From: Rhina ancylostomus
Lineage: Eukaryota
Length of the DNA: 64,000 nucleotides
Assembly (NCBI GenBank): GCA_030265395.1
Contig: JARFYF010000001.1
Location: 91,996,871 to 92,060,870 of the forward strand
Direction: 5' to 3'
Positions 59,673-64,000 of this stretch are shown piece after piece (within the stretch, counting starts at the first letter, position 1; each line of letters opens with the position of its first letter). The position numbers and the translations under genes are program-made. The notes beneath the pieces were generated by a model that worked only from the letters and a program-made list of their open reading frames with translations, had not been told where the DNA came from and made no database searches.

Positions 59673-61454
59673 TATCAAGTTACTTGATTTGTTTTCTTTC
59701 AAGGAAATCAAAACCTCAACAGAATTCCTAGACAGTATTTCGCTTTTTTTTATATACTGACCTTCCAAATAACCATTATTTTAATTGTAAACAGAAATCA
59801 CTTGGAGTAAATACAGTCTCTCTCATTAATAAAACAAACTATGCAAAAAATGAATTAATCTTTTAAAAGTTGGTGCTAACTTTTGCACTTTTTTGGAGCT
59901 CCCATTTATAATTGAGCATTATTAACATTATGCATGTCAACCATCACTAAATTAGTCAGGCTATTGCTTCCATGGGCATGACGACTGTACGTAAATAGCA
60001 CACAAATGAAAGAAAGCCAAAAACAAAATCAACTCCAGTAGTTAACAATACAAAGGAAGGAGCATCAATCCTCAAGAAAACAGAGTGGCTGCAAAACAGT
60101 AGGCTTAAAGATATTATTTTACATATTCTTGGGAGGGGAACAATAGTCGTTGACAATTTCTTCACAATTGAAGTGTCAGGTTTACACTAAAGCCAATTGT
60201 GAACATATTAAGTAGAAATGAAACTATGCAAGCAATACTTCAAAGGAAATGAAGTACTGTATACTAAATTCAAAGACAAAATCTAATTTTGAATGATGAG
60301 TTCCCAGAATTGGCAGATTCATTTACTTTTGGTGTTAGTGCAAGACTGTGACACTTTCTAGAAATTACGTTCTAGAAATGACTTTCTAGAAATGAATGTC
60401 ACTTAAGAATGTGCATGTTCTGCAGACATCCTAAAGCAAGTTTCAACTCATTATGTTTTAAACTATATTTCTCTGAGCAATATGGTCAAATAGAGGGATG
60501 AATTTGGAACAGCAAATCAGGCTAATTATCAGGTGGTTCTGTTGGTTTAGGAATCAACATTGGCAGAATATGTAAAGAAATCGCTGTTCTCTCAATAACA
60601 TAATCAGATAATATTCACCCAAATATGCAGGGCCTTAATTTTGTAACCCATTTGATATGTGGCTCTCTGACATTTCAACTTCTGTTGAGTTTTGATCAGC
60701 TCACTGGCTTGAACAATATACCTGTTGATTCAGTGATAAGAATGAAACCAAATGAGCCAAAATGCCATTGCATGTTCTAAAAGGTAATTTGATATTTAGT
60801 GTGGTCAGTTCCATCTTAAACTTGTAGACTAAAAGTATGAAATCAGGTTAGCAATCTTTAAATGGGAATTGTGCAATAACACATGTTCAGAGGAAATATT
60901 AATATAAAGTTCATTTGGTATTCCTATGCATTTCATACAATGAATATGAACTGTTTTATATCAGTCTTGCTTGATCAATCTTGCATGACTAATGGCAGAC
61001 TTATGCAAAGGGTGGAAGAACTGTGAAAGAGACACTCACCACTATTTATATCAAATCATTAGAAAAAAGTTCTTAAGTTCAAAGCAGCACAGAGCCACAT
61101 AAAAAAACAATAAAAACATTTTCATCATCTAAAGCAGCAGATTTAAGTTACAGAAAGTTCAGAATCAAGGAACATTGGGCAAAGCAACTTAACAGGAATC
61201 ATTCTTGGAACATATCAATGTGAATAATAGAGTTGTTACCTAAATAGTAAAGATACTAATGTGGTAAGTGAGGCAAAAGCATTTCTTTTATGTCAAAAAA
61301 TCTGTTCAAGGATAAATTTAAATCAATTTAAGAGTCTCTATGCCCACTTACTAACACACATTCAAAAGCCTACTACAATACATTCAAAGAAGAAAAATAG
61401 CTCAGGTGACATATTGCTATGTGTCACTGTGGAATGTCTGTGTTTGGTCTCACC

Positions 61455-61700
61455 AATGTGACTAGGTGATCGTTTCACAGAACACCTGCACTCTGTCCGT
61501 AACCGCAATCTACATTTCCCCATTGTCAGTCACTTCAACTACCCTCCCACACTATCACAGATAGGTCAATCCTCGGCCTCCTCCACTGCCAGGAAAATTC
61601 CGAGCACAACCCGGAGGAACAGCGCCTCATTTTCCACTTGGAACCTTGCAGCCTAACAGCATGAACATTGAATTCTCCCACTTTAAGTAATTCCCACACC
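61455..61700 (+). mobile_element. Penelope-like element, GIY-YIG C-terminal fragment
   Basis: Pattern RF.EHL.SV...HFN..H....EEQRLIF.L....QPNSMNIEF. Confidence 0.7.
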
Positions 61701-61842
61701 CCTTCCCCTAAAACCTTATCCCACCTCCCAACCATGCTTGAATTAAGCTCATGCATAACATCTTGCATGCAAAATATCAAACAGGGATTTTGCATTGTTT
61801 GTTTACTGAGTCAGGCCTCACGATAAATTGGCGAACATTTAG

Positions 61843-62096
61843 CTCTCATTGCACAGCTCTTTCCCATTCAACTCAAACTACATCATTGGCATCTGTATGA
61901 TCTTCAGATGTACAGAAAGTAATACGTATAATGACTCATCAAACCACAGGCCAAAAATATTTTGCAGTTGCCACAATGCCAAAGCCATTATTTAAGTTGA
62001 TTTCTAAAATGTGTCCATATCCCTCAAAACAACTCTCCACATCCTTCTCTTGGGTACAGGGCCTCAAATGACTAGTGAGTACTTGCCAATTCATTT
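61843..62096 (-). pseudogene. Degenerate SRSF5-like copy D (remnants of exons 2 and 3)
   Basis: 62094-61972 is exactly 123 nt and reads MNWQVLTSHLRPCTQEKDVESCFEGYGHILEINLNNGFGIV, after a tttacag acceptor, with the donor changed to GCAACT. About 61911-61843 reads ..EDHTDANDVV/ELNGKELCNE with a 2-nt frameshift, and both splice sites are lost. Confidence 0.85.
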
Positions 62097-62504
62097 CTGT
62101 AAAGGTGTAGTAGGATCTGCTTAGTTTAAACACAAAACATTAATCTCGCACCAGAATACTGCATTTGTTAAGGAAACAAAGTCACATTTGGAAATTATGT
62201 GCCGGTAAAATAGACTGCTAAATATTTGGATCCAACTGAACTGGGCATTTTTGCCAATATATCAGCGGATTGAGACACATTCCAACAATGAAACAAACAG
62301 ACCCAACCTTAAAAAGAATCCTATTCATATTCAAACCTATCTTTATTCATGATTATCAGAAATGCTTTTCCTGTGATTAGAAACTGTCATAACATTGGAA
62401 ATGAAGATTAGAATGCTCTGTACCAAGTCTTTGCTGAGTCATTTCCAGGTTATGAAAATAAAATAACAAAAATAAAAAACAAATTTTTAAGATTTATAAG
62501 AGCT

Positions 62505-62797
62505 AAGATATCTTTATTAGTCACATGTACATCAAAACACACAGTGAAATACATCTTTTGTGTAGAATGTTCTGGGGCAGCCCGCAAGTGTCACCACACT
62601 TCCGGCGCCAACAGAGCATGCCCACAACTTTCTAACCCGTACGTCTTTGGAATGCGGGAAGAAACTGGAGCACCCGGAGGAAACCCATGCAGTCACAGGG
62701 AGAAAGTACAGACTCCTTACAGACAGCAACCAGAATTAAACCTGGGTCACTGGCGCTGTAATAGCATTACGCTAACCGCTACACTACCGGGCCTGCC
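62505..62797 (-). mobile_element. tRNA-derived V-SINE-like element
   Basis: Same core as 46740 and 48120; the tail matches 14840-15010 on the opposite strand. Confidence 0.8.
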
Positions 62798-64000
62798 TTA
62801 TTTAATGATGAGTCAATGCTGGGGTACATAACCCAAGAACAAGTGGTTTATTATTTTTCATTACTGTAGAAAAATTTGGGAATTTGAGTTTGGAAGTCTA
62901 CAGCAAATAAATAATTGGTAACTAGAAAGGTTCCCATGGAAGGAGCTGTAACACATACATAGCTCATATGGAACCTCCAGTGGTAAAGGTTAGTTACTGC
63001 AATAACAGGGAACTAAACTATCCGGCATTTTACACAAAGGACTAATATTTTGACATTACGGGGGGATTGTAAATCAAACTACCAGAGAACAGACATATTA
63101 AAATTTTATTTTGGCAGAACACTGGTTGCATGGATAAATACTGGAAAACATTAATAAATCCATCCAAGCCAGTTGCATTCTCTGCAATGCACTTCCATGA
63201 CTACTGCTCCTAATCTAAAGTTAATTTCAATTTGAGACATAATCTACAGTTTTGACAATGTTATTTTAAAGAAAATGATGAACTTTCATTGTGCCAGCAT
63301 CAGTTTTGATTTACTCATCATTGGTGGCATTTCACCAGCACCCAAACCAGAATAAAAGGTATTTTATTAATAAAATTATAAGTTAGGTTGGCCTGGAATA
63401 TTGTGTCAGGAAACAGAGATTTCTTGCACATTTAATCAACTTCGAATAGCAGGTTTTAAATTCTATCACTGCTAACAAGATATCTCTCAAACATGCTCCT
63501 TATGATTTAACACAATCCATCCAAGCATTCATGAAAAACAAACAAAAAGGAATTTATGACAGGTACAAATTAAATTTTACCAGGGACTAGGAACCCAACA
63601 AGATTGTTCACAGAATCAGCTGATCATACCCAAACCAGATTGTTACTCAAGGTCTTCAAAGCCACATTTCTGGCAGATCTGCATAACAGGTTGAGTAGAA
63701 CAATTGGATTTCCACACTATCATTTTAATCTAAAACAATCCGGAATGAGCCAATCCTCAGTGAGAGCTTCCTCTATGAAAATAATTTACTTTATGACAAA
63801 CTTATTTTTTTTAAATTTGCATGAAAAGTGACAGTATTAGATGAACTCCTTTTTTCCTCTGCACAATTTTTGGGATGCTGATTTTGTTTTACTGCCTTCA
63901 TGGTTTTCTTCTGCAATTCTTATTTTCCCCACAGTTTTATATTAGTTCCAATTAGTTCTGGCTCTTGGTCAGCCGCACATTTACATTTCTTTTGGTTCAA

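Overview
Eukaryotic vertebrate genomic DNA with many N gaps. The repeat content (V-SINE/HE1-like SINEs, Penelope, CR1 and Rex1/Babar LINE fragments) suggests a cartilaginous fish; this is an inference. The window holds a head-to-tail, minus-strand tandem array of the splicing factor SRSF5 (SRp40). Three paralogs are intact: copy A (CDS 10771-2026, 256 aa), copy B (CDS 33433-27946, 287 aa) and copy C (CDS 48074-43302, 271 aa). Each has seven coding exons in identical phases, its own GC-rich promoter with a non-coding exon 1, and a 504-533 nt highly conserved stop-codon ('poison') exon between exons 5 and 6. A decayed fourth copy (exons 2-3) lies at about 61.8-62.1 kb. Other points of note are a 17-bp transcribed-strand duplex spanning the intron before the poison exon in copy B, a duplicated piece of the poison exon in intron 6 of copy A, and a GC-AG intron in copy C. 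Exon boundaries were read by eye from splice sites and frame; repeat boundaries are approximate.
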